Source: Bigelowiella natans CCMP2755
Lineage: Eukaryota > Protista > Cercozoa
Reading direction: 5' to 3'
Assembly (NCBI GenBank): GCA_000320545.1
Contig: ADNK01001802.1
Span: forward strand, 1-64,000
DNA length: 64,000 nucleotides
Shown: piece after piece, positions 1 through 11,769 of the stretch
How the letters are laid out: every line of letters begins with the position of its first letter
How positions within the stretch are numbered: position 1 is the first letter of the stretch
Notes under the pieces: generated by a model
What the model saw: the letters and a program-made list of their open reading frames with translations, nothing else
What the model was told of the DNA's origin: nothing
Database searches by the model: none
Translations under genes and position numbers: made by a program

Positions 1-2
1 TA

Positions 3-175
3 CCCTAACCCTAACCCTAACCCTAACCCTAACCCTAACCCTAACCCTAACCCTAACCCTAACCCTAACCCTAACCCTAACCCTAACCCTAACCCTAACC
101 CTAACCCTAACCCTAACCCTAACCCTAACCCTAACCCTAACCCTAACCCTAACCCTAACCCTAACCCTAACCCTA
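3..175. repeat. Telomeric repeat (CCCTAA)n / (TTAGGG)n, left chromosome end
   Basis: About 28 perfect CCCTAA units at the window start, C-rich strand on +, ending at 'ccctataaga'. Confidence 0.98.
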
Positions 176-585
176 TAAGAAGTCTTGGCAAATGGCAACC
201 CAACTGCTAACCCACCCACCTGACCTGCCAATTGTTGCCAATGAGCTCTGACTGCTTGCTGCCACTGCAACCACTGCTGCTAGCAACACCCAAGACCCAC
301 GGGATTTTTTTTTCACAGATGAACGCACACGTGACGAATGATGGCCACACCTTTTTGAACCACCCACGATTTGGACGAGTGCCTGATTTGGTGTTGGCAG
401 ATGCCATTGCCAATTCCAGCATCTTTGCAGTTTTCGAAGCTGGTCCGTTCCAATCATCGAACACAACTTGCCTTCTCCCCTTCTTTTTGTCTTTGCAACC
501 AGGTTTGCAAACCTTGTTTTTGTCACCGCGCCTTCTCCTCTTCTCTTTGTCGTTGTCATCATCATCATCGTTGTCACCGTTCCTG

Positions 586-806
586 TGTGCGAAATTGATT
601 GAGGAGGAGGAGGAGGGAACGAACATCGAGCGAAACTCACGCCCCACCTTCCTCCCCTGTGCGAAATCAATTGAGGAGGAGGAGATTGGAGGGAACGAAC
701 ATCGAGCGAAACTCACGCCCTGACCTTCCTCCCCTGTGCGAAATTGATTGAGGAGGAGGAGGAGGGAACGAACATCGAGCGAAACTCACGCACTGACCTT
801 CCTCCC
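586..806 (+). repeat. Subtelomeric tandem repeat, 3 copies of a 72-77 bp unit
   Basis: The unit tgtgcgaaat(tg/ca)attgaggaggagga...gggaacgaacatcgagcgaaactcacgc..accttcctccc starts at 586, 658 and 735. Confidence 0.9.
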
Positions 807-1051
807 CCCCGCCCACCCGCCCTTCCCCAACAATGGCGAAAAAAACAAAAGCATGAATGAACACATTTCTGTTCTTGCTCCTGTCAATCGTGTGGAGCTT
901 TCGCTTGTTCGCACCCTTGACCCCAACTGGCATGGATGTGAATGTGGTGTGGTGTGAACGTGGGGGCCTTCGCAAGCCCATCTGTTTGCACGGATCTGTG
1001 ACGTCAGCGAAATTGTCCCTCTCAAGAACCGATGTTGCAGGACATTTTCAT

Positions 1052-1147
1052 GCAAAATCGGTCAAAAAACCTCATTTTGCAAGCAAAATCGGTGAATTTC
1101 CGATTTTGGTCCAAAATCGGTCAAAATTGCTTGCACACCGATTTTGC
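1052..1147. repeat. 96-bp CAAAATCGG motif array bounded by 11-bp inverted repeats (MITE-like or binding-site array)
   Basis: gcaaaatcggt at 1052 pairs with accgattttgc at 1137-1147. Further internal copies occur, plus a perfect inverted repeat ccgattttgg-t-ccaaaatcgg at 1100-1120. Confidence 0.6.
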
Positions 1148-1495
1148 TGGAAAGGCAGGTTTGTCACATGCGTGCGCGTGCGAAGCGTTTGGCTGCACCA
1201 AAGTCACTGAGGTTTTTCGTCATGCAACATTGTTGCACATTTGGGGTGGATGTGGAAGAGTTGGCTGGTTGGGCTTCACTGTCAACTGTTCTTGTTCATT
1301 GGATTTGTGATTCTCAAGCGATCAATGCGCGGCGTGCGGAACAACTCGTTTGGGCGCAAAGCAAACATGAACACAAGCAGCACCACACAGCACATGCACG
1401 TGTGCAACGTCAGCCTGGATTTTCTGGTGGAGATTCTGGGTTCAGATGCAACTCACTGAGATCGACTTGTGAATCCATCAAAATGCGCGTCGCCA

Positions 1496-4400
1496 TCACT
1501 TCCAACCGTCATCACACTTGGATTTGGAACTTGATCTTGCCTTCCATTGCCTGGAAGTTTTGGAACCGTTGGCACGTCCTTTGTGGGCGACTCCACCACG
1601 ATGTCGTTGGCCATTCTGTTTCTTTGTTCTCAATTTTGTTTCACTTCTCAGAGATGAACCCTGCACTCGGGTTTTGCGTCCTACAAACACATCACCCTCA
1701 GAAAACAAAATGTTGAGCCACACTTGTCATTTGTTGCATTCACCAAGTTTTTTTGTGGACGTTTTGCGAGACTCCCGACGAGTTTGTTTTTCCAATTCAA
1801 GTTGAATTAACTTTTCAACCATGTCCAAAACTTCTTTTGAATTGATCACTTGTTCCTGCTCGAATACATTTGGAAACACGTCTGAGAAAGAAGGCATTTT
1901 CCCTCTTTCCTCTTAGCAATGCAGAAAGTAGAGACATATGCTTGTTTCTCCATGCTGGACAACACACTCCGAGATCAGAAAAACAATCAGAACACACGAA
2001 CACAATGCACACATTCACCATGCAAATCGTGAAAGTTTTCGTTCACCTTGAGTTCTGTCACCAAGGGATCCTTTGTCGAATTTCCTTCTTCGCCTTCAAC
2101 ACTCAAAATCTCCCTAACTTTGACTTGACGACTTGATGAGTGAGTCACATCACTCTGTATCTAATCATATACATACATTAAGACATTCGTTCTACATAAA
2201 ATTGAATGGATGAAACATCTTAGTGTTTAATCAAACCTCTTTTGAACCAGCATTTCTCTTGTTAATGCTGCGTCTTGTGCCCCAAGCTATGATTGAAAAT
2301 CTACAACCGACCTAGTTTGATGGATATTATCCAGATTTAGATAAAAATCATTATCAGGTGCTTATTTATTTATTCAACAGGACGATAGTCGTCATATGGT
2401 TGATTTGATATTGGTCGGGTAATTCATCACTAAAAAGAGGAAGTGGCCACTTATGCCCTATGTATTCAATGATGATGGCGAAACATGATAAAGAATAAGA
2501 ATACGTGAAATAAATTTCGATTATTATTAATATTCTTTAAACTTACCCGATTTGGATTTTTACTTTTAGGGACTCCGTGCTGCATTAATTAGTAGCAATT
2601 CATTCGCTCATTTTATATCAACTCGGCATATTAAAATAAAGTTGGACAGCGGTTCATTAGGATATGTTGAAGATTATCAAAATGACCGAACAAATTGAAT
2701 TGAATCACTCAAAAAGTTTCACCTGAAATCTGCGATTTGCCTGAGTTAGAAAATCCTTGTCATTTTCAGTGAATTCTTATAACTAAGGAAAAAATACCTC
2801 AGACGTGAACGCAAAAACATCCCCATTGTTTTGCGGAAAATCGAATGTTGTTCCGGAAGATTCATGAAGAAAAGTAAGAGAGCGCGAGCCGCCAAATGAT
2901 GCCCCCATGCTGATAACAAACAAATATTTCCCTAATGAAATCATCAGTTATAACTGCTCAAATTGTAACGAATGCATTGCTGATAATAATGGCTTCAATA
3001 CCGCTGTTGCATTCGTCTGGTCAAGCTCTAAATATGCGTAGGATCACCTACCTCCTCTCTTTAATTTATGTGCTGCTGATGCTGTCGTAAATACTTATTA
3101 TTCGATAATAATGTCACACGTAGTACGTACGTGAAATCTTCTTTGACTCCTTTAGCACCATAGGCATGACTATCGTGGTGAAATGGTTTCCATGCACTAC
3201 CATCCTGTTGTTGTTGTTGTTGTTGTTGTTGTTATTGTTGTAGTAGTCGAAGTATTGATGAATGTTGTTATACATGAGAAGCCCCCCACAATAGAACATC
3301 ATCATACTTCCCCGAAATATACCAATTACTTACTTACTTACTCGATAGAAGTTTAGCCTCGTTGCATGTACCTCAACATCAAAGTAATCTGACATACTCT
3401 CAATCACAGCCTGGAAATGAAAAATAAGTATTGTAGTTGCGGTATTTTCATGGTTACCAGAAAACAGAGAGTGTATCCTAGCTTTCGGTAAAACAGATCA
3501 TCGTATCGTCACGAAATGTTATTCTTTATTTCTTTGAATTTTTAGTACCAAAATAGAAATCCAATGATGAACGAAATGATAATTATTGCTAGCTGTAGCA
3601 CCTTGAAAGTAGGAGAAAACTCTGGATTTTCATGTTTGAGATGCTTCGACCAATTTATCATACCCCCTTCCTGAGATTATTTACATAAATGACGATGATG
3701 ATGATAATACAGCTATTATTCAAAAATATATCCATTACGTGTCTAAAAATCGAAGAACTTGTTTTTGTGAATCTACTACCTTGCCGGTGCCCCGTTGTTC
3801 AAGATCTAACGCAAGACGTTTTAGGATCGAAAAATCACCCATTCTTGTGGGAAAACGGCACACAAACATAAGAATAATATTAGATGATGACGCAAGACGT
3901 TTTAGGATCGAAAAATCACCCATCTTGTGGGAAAACGGCACACAAACATGAGAATAGATACAATAATATTAGATGATGATGACATTATCTGAGGAACAAA
4001 TCTAAAGCTTCAGACTGAGAAAGAAATATTTTTACTTTGAAAAAAAGTGCGGGAGATCTTGGTGGAGGTCGACGAGCAGGTTGGTGATGCACCCATGGTA
4101 CATACAGAAAAAAAGATCAGTGGATAGAGAGATTATCATCATCATCATCATCATAATCCTCATTATAATTATCATAATCATTACCATCACGTCACTACCA
4201 TCAGCGAATTATCTTTGTAAGTTTCTGGCGATACCACTATATCAATCAATCTATATGTATTGCTGCTAAGCTAAAAAGACGATACTACTATCTATACATC
4301 AGCGACAGTAGTTGTAACGGTAAGTGTTAAGAATAATTACAAATGCAATGGCCTGAGAGAGCCTGTTCAATGTCGTCCACAAGTCTTGCATCCATGCGTG

Positions 4401-4620
4401 AAATTTCTGATTTTAAGATCTTCGTAGCGTACTTGTTGGCCTTCGATCATTAAAATGACGTGTATGCGGCTAAGCATTTTTTAATATTTTGTCGAATTCT
4501 ATCTAATTGTGCGTTACGTACGTGATTTGTTCGGTCTGTCATTGGATCGGGTGCCTTGAAGGCACTGCCGCGTTGGTTCTTAAAATCGGAAGTCCCATTC
4601 TCGGATTGGCGGGAAGCCAT
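1496..4620 (-). CDS. 2OG-Fe(II) dioxygenase, AlkB-like superfamily (multi-exon)
   Basis: Spliced exons give MASRQSENGTSDFK..., ALSGHCI|YLPHFFSK|MGDFSILKRLALDLEQRGTGK|EGGMINWSKHLKHENPEFSPTFK|AVIESMSDYFDVEVHATRLNFYR|DGSAWKPFHHDSHAYGAKGVKEDFT|MGASFGGSRSLTFLHESSGTTFDFPQNNGDVFAFTSE ... HGVPKSKNPNR|VGCRFSIIAWG. This has the HxD...H...R layout of the 2OG-Fe(II) fold. The low-complexity 3' exons (2154-2047, about 1900-1744, 1680-1496) are less certain. Confidence 0.85.
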
Positions 4621-5224
4621 TGTGGGTTGTTTGTTGTCTCTGTTGTCGTCGCAGTCGTTTGCTGCTGTTGTTGTAGTTGTTGTAGTTGTTGTTGTTGCTG
4701 TTGTGTGAAAGAAAGAAGATGGAAATTAACTACGAAAACATCCAAGAATTGGGATTGCTACTCATCCAGTCTAGAAGTCTCATTATTGAGCCTTAAATTT
4801 CTAAACTTAATTTTATTAGAGCACATTGTTGTTGTCATTTGCGAGATGAACACTGGAGACTCTTCGGAGACAAACCGAACGGATCTCGACACTATCTCTG
4901 GAATCATCTACAACGACCCATTGACACATCCGTCGTGGTTGACTTTTACATAAGTGAGAGGGGGAGATAATTGGTAGGTTCTGATTTCCTCCACTTCCGT
5001 TGATTTCTGCAATTACTCTTCAAGTTCCTCCCTAAATCGGCCGTATCCTTATACCGGCGTTCATTCCCTCGTATTCTACATTAATAAAGCTAGAAAGAGT
5101 GGGAGACCAAAAAATTGCGAAGTCCGAGCTACTACGACTACTACTAAACAATAACTTGAAGCAGCGTCATCGTTGCTCTTAACAACGTGTAATAATATCA
5201 AATTAAGAATTTGATATATAAAAA

Positions 5225-7808
5225 ATGGACAAAAACAAAGGGGGACAAGAGCAGAAGGAAAAGAAGATAAACAACGTACCTTCTATGAGCACTGATGGTG
5301 GCAAACAACAGCAACAACAACAATCTAAAGACGAAGAACATAAACAACCAAAGTTACGACAGGCAGAGTGGCATGATCTCTCAGGTTGGTTGGCTGCTGT
5401 TAAGAGATGTACAAATGATTCTACTGACTGTACTAAAAAACGACGGCGCTATGTTGGATACCAATTTCACTCACTTCCAATATTTTTATGAATCTTACTT
5501 ATCACGACTCTCTACTGTTTCTCTATTTAGTTGGCATGGCCGTGTATGTCAGAGGAAGAAAGGCTGAGGTGTTGCGCATGACACATCCGCTTATTTATTG
5601 GGTTTTCGAGGGCGATAAGTCTGAAAAGCACCGCAGCTTCATATTTGATAAGGCCATGTTTCAAGTGGAGGAACTTCAACAAAGTGAAAGAAAGGTACTC
5701 CTATTACTACTATTACTACTACTACTACTACTACTACTACTGCTACTCCTCCTCCTCCTCCCCTTCAACTACTACTATTAGCGTCACAATAACGAAATGC
5801 TTACTTTAGGCGATTGCTTATGCCAATATTGGTAGTAGTAACAGCAAATTTTGTTCGAGTCAACAACTTCGAGCCTGAATACCCTCTTGTTTTAAAAGAA
5901 ACGTATTGGTTTTACATTATTTCTCATGCTTGTGTGTGTGTGTGTTGTTTCTCTATACCAGGGGAGTAGCTTTGAAGGTGGTGGTGAGCCACTGATGAAA
6001 AAGATTTCAGATCTAGAAAATGAGGAGATCGATTGTAATGGTACGTAATAAATGTAATTGTTCGCTGTACTACGATATGCTGCTTTTCTCTTTGTTATGC
6101 TATCATATACCCAGCAGTTGTTGTTGTAGTTATGATGTAATGGCGATAGGCGCATGTTTGTAGTAGTAGTAGTAGTAGTAGTAGTAGTGCGTGTTTACGT
6201 GCTGCTCAATGTGTAGGTTGGTAATAATAGCAACTATGTTGCTACGTACTACAGCAAATTGTAATTATTATTATTATTATTATCATTATTATTGAATTAT
6301 TCCCCAATGAATTCGCAAACTGACCGAGTAACGAACGTACGTATTGAGGGCGGTAGCCGTAGCAAACGACAGTATAGTGATAATAATTTATACTAATAAG
6401 AATTGTAATTGATTATACCATAGTTTATTATCATTATTATATACTACTGTTTAGCAAGGAGTAACAACACACCACATTTAATTATGATTGTTATAAAGTG
6501 TGATACTATCTATAAAATAGGAGTAACCCCGAAACATACGGTTGAAATAATGGATTGCAAGAGCTCATCCATCACGATTCTTGGAGAGGTGATGATTATA
6601 TCATGAAGGGCAGCATTAGTTAGAAACATGGATTTATAAGTAGTTATGCTCCGATAACGTACCTCGTCTTCCTCTAAACGATTTATATTATTAATATAGG
6701 TATACGGTATACATCTGTCTAACTGCCAGGATATCACACTGCTATTTAGTAGTGTTGTCGCATCTTGCGACATGGCGAAATGTACAGGGTGCAAGGTATT
6801 ATAATAGTTTCTATAATAAATCTACAAATATGTAACAATCGTCCACACAACAAATTTTATTAAATGTTTCATTGAGTATAATATTTTAGGAACTACAACA
6901 ACATAGATTTGCTGAGTGCGCAGAATAAATATTACTGTTTAATGCTGTTGTATTGAGTCATCATATCCCTATGAAACTACTATAATCAGATATATTGCAT
7001 GAGTGAATGCTGCTTATTTGACATTCAAGAATCCAAGAGCTGTGAGGTGATTCTTCCACAATTAAAATTATTAATAGTAACGTATTCTGGGTATGGCCAA
7101 AACTTTAAGTCTCACATTTCTCCTTCTATATAAATAACCAGATTTCCTTGGGGAAGAAATTACTCAACAACGTTCTTTTCTCAACCATAAATTCGAGTGC
7201 GGTGAATGTCACAGTTTTGGATGAAATATCAGGTAGGAAGATTGATGTATTATATATGGTTTTGTGGTTACAGTAAAGATGATAATGTGTAAAAACGATA
7301 CTATGGTGGTGATAGTAGTTCGTGTTGATTTTTATTTGCAACCAGCGTATCCCCTCCCGCATTTCGTTAGTCACCTTTTCGGTTTGTGTCCAAAATATCA
7401 GCCGAGATTGTGGAGATGTTGAAAGACGGAGAAGACCTAGAGCAAATAGTTAGTTACGAGATTCCAAAAAGTGGTGCTGGGGGACTCGACGATGAAACTG
7501 CAGGTCAATTATTCACAGCATATGATTGATTTATGTTCTTATTTTATTTTCATTTTCATATTTCTCCTTGGATAGGAACTATTTTTAGGATGATGTATTT
7601 CATGTGTTTGTACTCTTTACTACTACTACTACTACCAGACGAAGTTGAACTGAGAATGTATTTCATGTGTTTCTACTCTTTACTACTACTACTACTACCA
7701 GACGAGGTTGAATTGAGAACGAAGTGGAACGGACAAGCTTTCGAATGTAAAAAAGTGGAAACGAAAGAGATCAGCCCAGATTTTGACAAGGAATTTGATC
7801 CATTTTAA
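5225..7808 (+). CDS. C-CAP (cyclase-associated protein C-terminal beta-helix) domain protein, multi-exon
   Basis: Exons GVTPKHTVEIMDCKSSSITILGE|VYGIHLSNCQDITLLFSSVVASCDMAKCTGCK ... LFSTINSSAVNVTVLDEIS ... DEVELRTKWNGQAFECKKVETKEISPDFDKEFDPF* match the CAP_C repeat pattern. The N-terminus is not a canonical CAP, and the start codon is uncertain. Confidence 0.7.
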
Positions 7809-7992
7809 GTCATAACAGCACCTCGCTCATGGACATATTGTAAGATAAAAAGGAGAGTCATTTGGCACGATAATCTAGCGAGTTATAGTACCGTGTTTGG
7901 CTTCTAGTGAAAATTCAGACATATTTCTGCATTCTACAAGCTGTCAATATTAATTTTTTTATTTGCATTTCAATTTTGTTCATTAACACTGT

Positions 7993-8029
<37 letters not shown>

Positions 8030-8199
8030 AATTTTTATTATATCAATCAAAACCTCTACACACATATACAAAAATCGTATGAGAAATAATAAAACCAGGC
8101 ATCCACTGATACACACACATGTAGCTTCTTGTATGAATGTAGCGAAAGAGATTTGGGTCTCTAGGTTCTATGGAATTATTTTTATACGGTTACACTATT

Positions 8200-9120
8200 G
8201 GCTGCCACCAACAGCGTAGGGCAACGCACAGACGTATGCAGAGCGAGGGATGTATTAGTGTTATAATTAAACGATTGTTTCTGCTACATTTTTGTAACTA
8301 CTTAGCTTTGTAACAGCATTTATCACGACTGTATCGTTGCGATAAAACATTATAATATTTATTCTAGCTTGCCTAATACACATTGCTAGACTGTCCTATT
8401 GTTACCCTCCACGTGGCTAGGTCGTTGCCGCGCTACTACGTAGTATGCACGTCATCAACTAGTCTAGGGTGTAATAAGTGAGATGATAAACATGCAATAT
8501 TATTGAGTCACATGCGATGCCATGTGCTGCATGTATATCGTCATGTACTTCATGTATTTCTAGATTCGATCGAAGGCATCAGCATTTTTGCGTCAATGTC
8601 ACGCATATAGGCATGAATAATGACGCACAGCCAGGCAGCCATTGTTAATAATTGCTAATAAATCAGAGTGCGTGGCATGTCGAGTGCGATGTGCACTGCT
8701 AGACACTGATATATAGACTGCTAGACTGCTTGACTGACACTGTCTTTGCGGCAGGATATATTAGGACTGACATTTGCTTGCGCTGCGCAGCATTATAACG
8801 ATCCGCTTAATCGAGATGATGATCGAGCCGTAGCAGTATAGTGCCATCTAGCTGCATGTACGTGCTATCGAGCCATAACAAATAGCCATGTGATGAACAA
8901 TCATGAAAGTTGTTTATGTTTAGTTGTGCATTCGCTAGATGACAACACACAAATTGGTACCGCTAGCTAGCTAGATGCTAGCTAGCATGTGCACTAAAAC
9001 ATTCATGCGTGCGCGCGGAAGTGTAGCACATCTATGAACATGCACACATTTCTTTGAAGCAATGAAAATGACCTAAAAATGCATTGCAGATGAGTTTCGC
9101 AACAAGTCTAGCTAGGCATG
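8200..9120. other. Convergent intergenic spacer rich in TGCA/CATG/CTAG
   Basis: Lies between the stop codons of the C-CAP and OPR-like genes. No long microsatellites. Example: gctagctagctagatgctagctagcatgtgcac. Confidence 0.65.
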
Positions 9121-9362
9121 CACCAGACCATGTACGTACCACGTCCTCCTTCAATTCAACATAGCAATGTGCCGTTTGAGAGCGACATGTTAAATACGCA
9201 ATTAGCTAATCCATCTTCGATTTTATCTTATACTTTTGTATTTAAAGAAAATTCTCATCAAATACATATTTGTTCTTCTCATCATAAACTCTCGTCGCAT
9301 TGTGCATCGTCGTCATTTTTCTTTCATCATGAAATAACGATAACAAATTTAGAAGAGGTTGG

Positions 9363-9447
9363 CTAGTTAGTTCTTGGTGATGCAGCTGCAGGAATTTGTT
9401 GTTGTCCATCATTGAGCTCCACAGCACGCTCCTGTTCATAAACGGTA

Positions 9448-9480
<33 letters not shown>

Positions 9481-11616
9481 AATGATGATGAGGTCGTAAG
9501 AAGCTGGAAACTCAACAACTACAACAGTACTAATAGGAACATATCATTATAATATGTTTCAAGAGTAATCCTTCCACTACTTCTATACTACTACAACTGG
9601 ATTTTATTAGCATCCAAGTAAGGCTAAATCAGAAAGGAGAAGATAAAGAGGAAAATGAGGAGATGAAGAATATACCTCTAACAACTCCATGACATCCTCG
9701 GTTGAGATTCCTGTGTTTTTTTCTAGCAATGGCAACGCCCACTTCATAGACCTGAGCAATAACAATTTTTAATAAAATACTGATAATATTGACAATTTCT
9801 TGCTCGTTCCTTATAGCAAGCATATATTATTTTGCAGTTGGATAGTAATACTACTAGATTGTTGTTCAATGAGAGGAAGAATAAGAAGTCCTACCTCAAC
9901 TACCTACTACTGCTACTACTGCTACTAGTAGTACCGAATATCTCGCATTGTTGCATTCTTGGCGTTACTCAATGCACATTTTATGATTCCCTGAAGAATG
10001 AACGAAGAAGAAATCAATAGTGATGATTATGAAGAAGACCAAAAACTTATGACCATCCAAAAAGGTAAATCTACTTAAAATTAAAGTAAATATTATTCAG
10101 AAGTGAATCTAGGCGTCTACCTCCATGAGCACTGTGTCTGGTGCATAACGTAGCTTTGCTATTGACCAGCTCAGGAGAGCAATATCCCCACTCTGATTGA
10201 TTGATTCATTGATTTGATTTGTTTATTAATGAAACATTAACATATCATGAGCACCATATTATATAAAATAGCCAATAATACAATAAATAAGGGACAACAG
10301 TCATCATATTTGAACAAGGAAAATAACGACGACATTGCAGCATCTCATATTCGATGCAGCTATTACATAATTTAGTAGTGATTTCTTTTTGTGTTTATTC
10401 TTTGAGATGATGATGTGAAAACATTGCAATTCATGTATATGTAAGTGGAAGTACTTAAATATGTGAATTATTACATGGTATCAGTAGATTTGCTAAAGAC
10501 AACTTAATAGAAAAAATCAATTAACGTGTACATATTAAAATTATTGCATATACCGTGATCATGATGCTGCCTTGTTGCTGTTGTATGTTCCCAGAGTTGT
10601 TGTTGTTGTTGTTGTTGTTGTTGATATCGTCTTCGTCCTTATTATTATGCAACAGCAGTAGCTGTTTTGCTCGAGAGAAAATCGTTTCCAATAGAATCTC
10701 TTTAGGCGCTAAATCTAAATAATGAGGGAAAGGAAAAAGTTGTATGTGGTACGATTTGTTATCTCATCATTATCATCCTCATTACCAGCATCCATTAACT
10801 AATTGCTAACAACTGGTATTATCATCATCATCATCATTATCATATCATATTATGATGTCACTGCTACTGTTATTTATTCAATATATAGTCAGGATCCGTG
10901 TCTTGTTATGGTTATGGTTGTGGTTATGATTATGAGAGGAGGAGGATGAGGATGAGGAGGAGGAGGAGGAGGAGGAGGAGGAGGAGGAGGAGGAAAATAA
11001 TAATAAGTAATGATGCAACATCAAACTGACCATCCTTGGCAAAAGCCCACAAAATTCTTGAGACTGACTGCGGTCCAAAGCTATCGACGGAATCACTACA
11101 TGTGCGTTGAAGAGAGTCTCTGAAATCCCTAATAATCTGTATCATCTCCACCACTTCCAGCTGCTGCTGCTCAATATCATCATTATCATCATCTTGTTCT
11201 TTTCCCTCTTCTTTTTGTTGCTCAGTAGTACCAGTAGCAGCAGCACTGCTAACTATTTCTAAAGATCCATCTTCGGTTGTAATCATTGCTGCTGCTGCTT
11301 CTGATGCTGCAGATGATGATGGTGCTGATGATGATGACAATGGCGCAGAGGAGGGGCGTGATAGCAAATCATGAGAGAATGTTGCAAGTGACCTTTTTAG
11401 AACAACAACACGAAGAATAAATATGATAAACAATTAATAGAGATGACGTTAGTGTAGATAAACAACAAAACTGTGGCTTATTATTAAATTTTAATAGAGA
11501 TGACGTTAGTGTAGATAAACAACAAAACTGTGGCTTATTATTAAATTTTAATTCCTACAACATAAATTTTCTGTAGTATGATAATTAGGAGACATATCAC
11601 TACACACCAGTAGTAA

Positions 11617-11660
<44 letters not shown>

Positions 11661-11730
11661 TGATAATATTTATGTATGTATGTTGTACTGGTTGCTGCTG
11701 GTACCATTCTTCTTCCTCTTCTCATAGTGT

Positions 11731-11769
<39 letters not shown>

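Larger units (their letters stand above)
176..2154. other. Subtelomeric TpA-depleted domain (zero TA in 283-1681)
   Basis: A manual scan found TA near 208 and at 281, none until 1682, only a handful up to 2154, and normal density from about 2157. The overlapping six-frame ORFs here contain no Tyr. Confidence 0.9.

Noticed and set aside
173-1459. Dense overlapping ORFs in all six frames
   Set aside because: They are a by-product of TpA absence (no TAA/TAG stops), and I recognise no protein motifs in them.
4060-4240. Apparent exons VSPETYKDNSLM and HGCITNLLVDLHQD in the dioxygenase gene
   Set aside because: A direct splice HCI|YLPHFFSK using the AG near 4058 is in phase and fits better; the longer segment lacks an acceptor.
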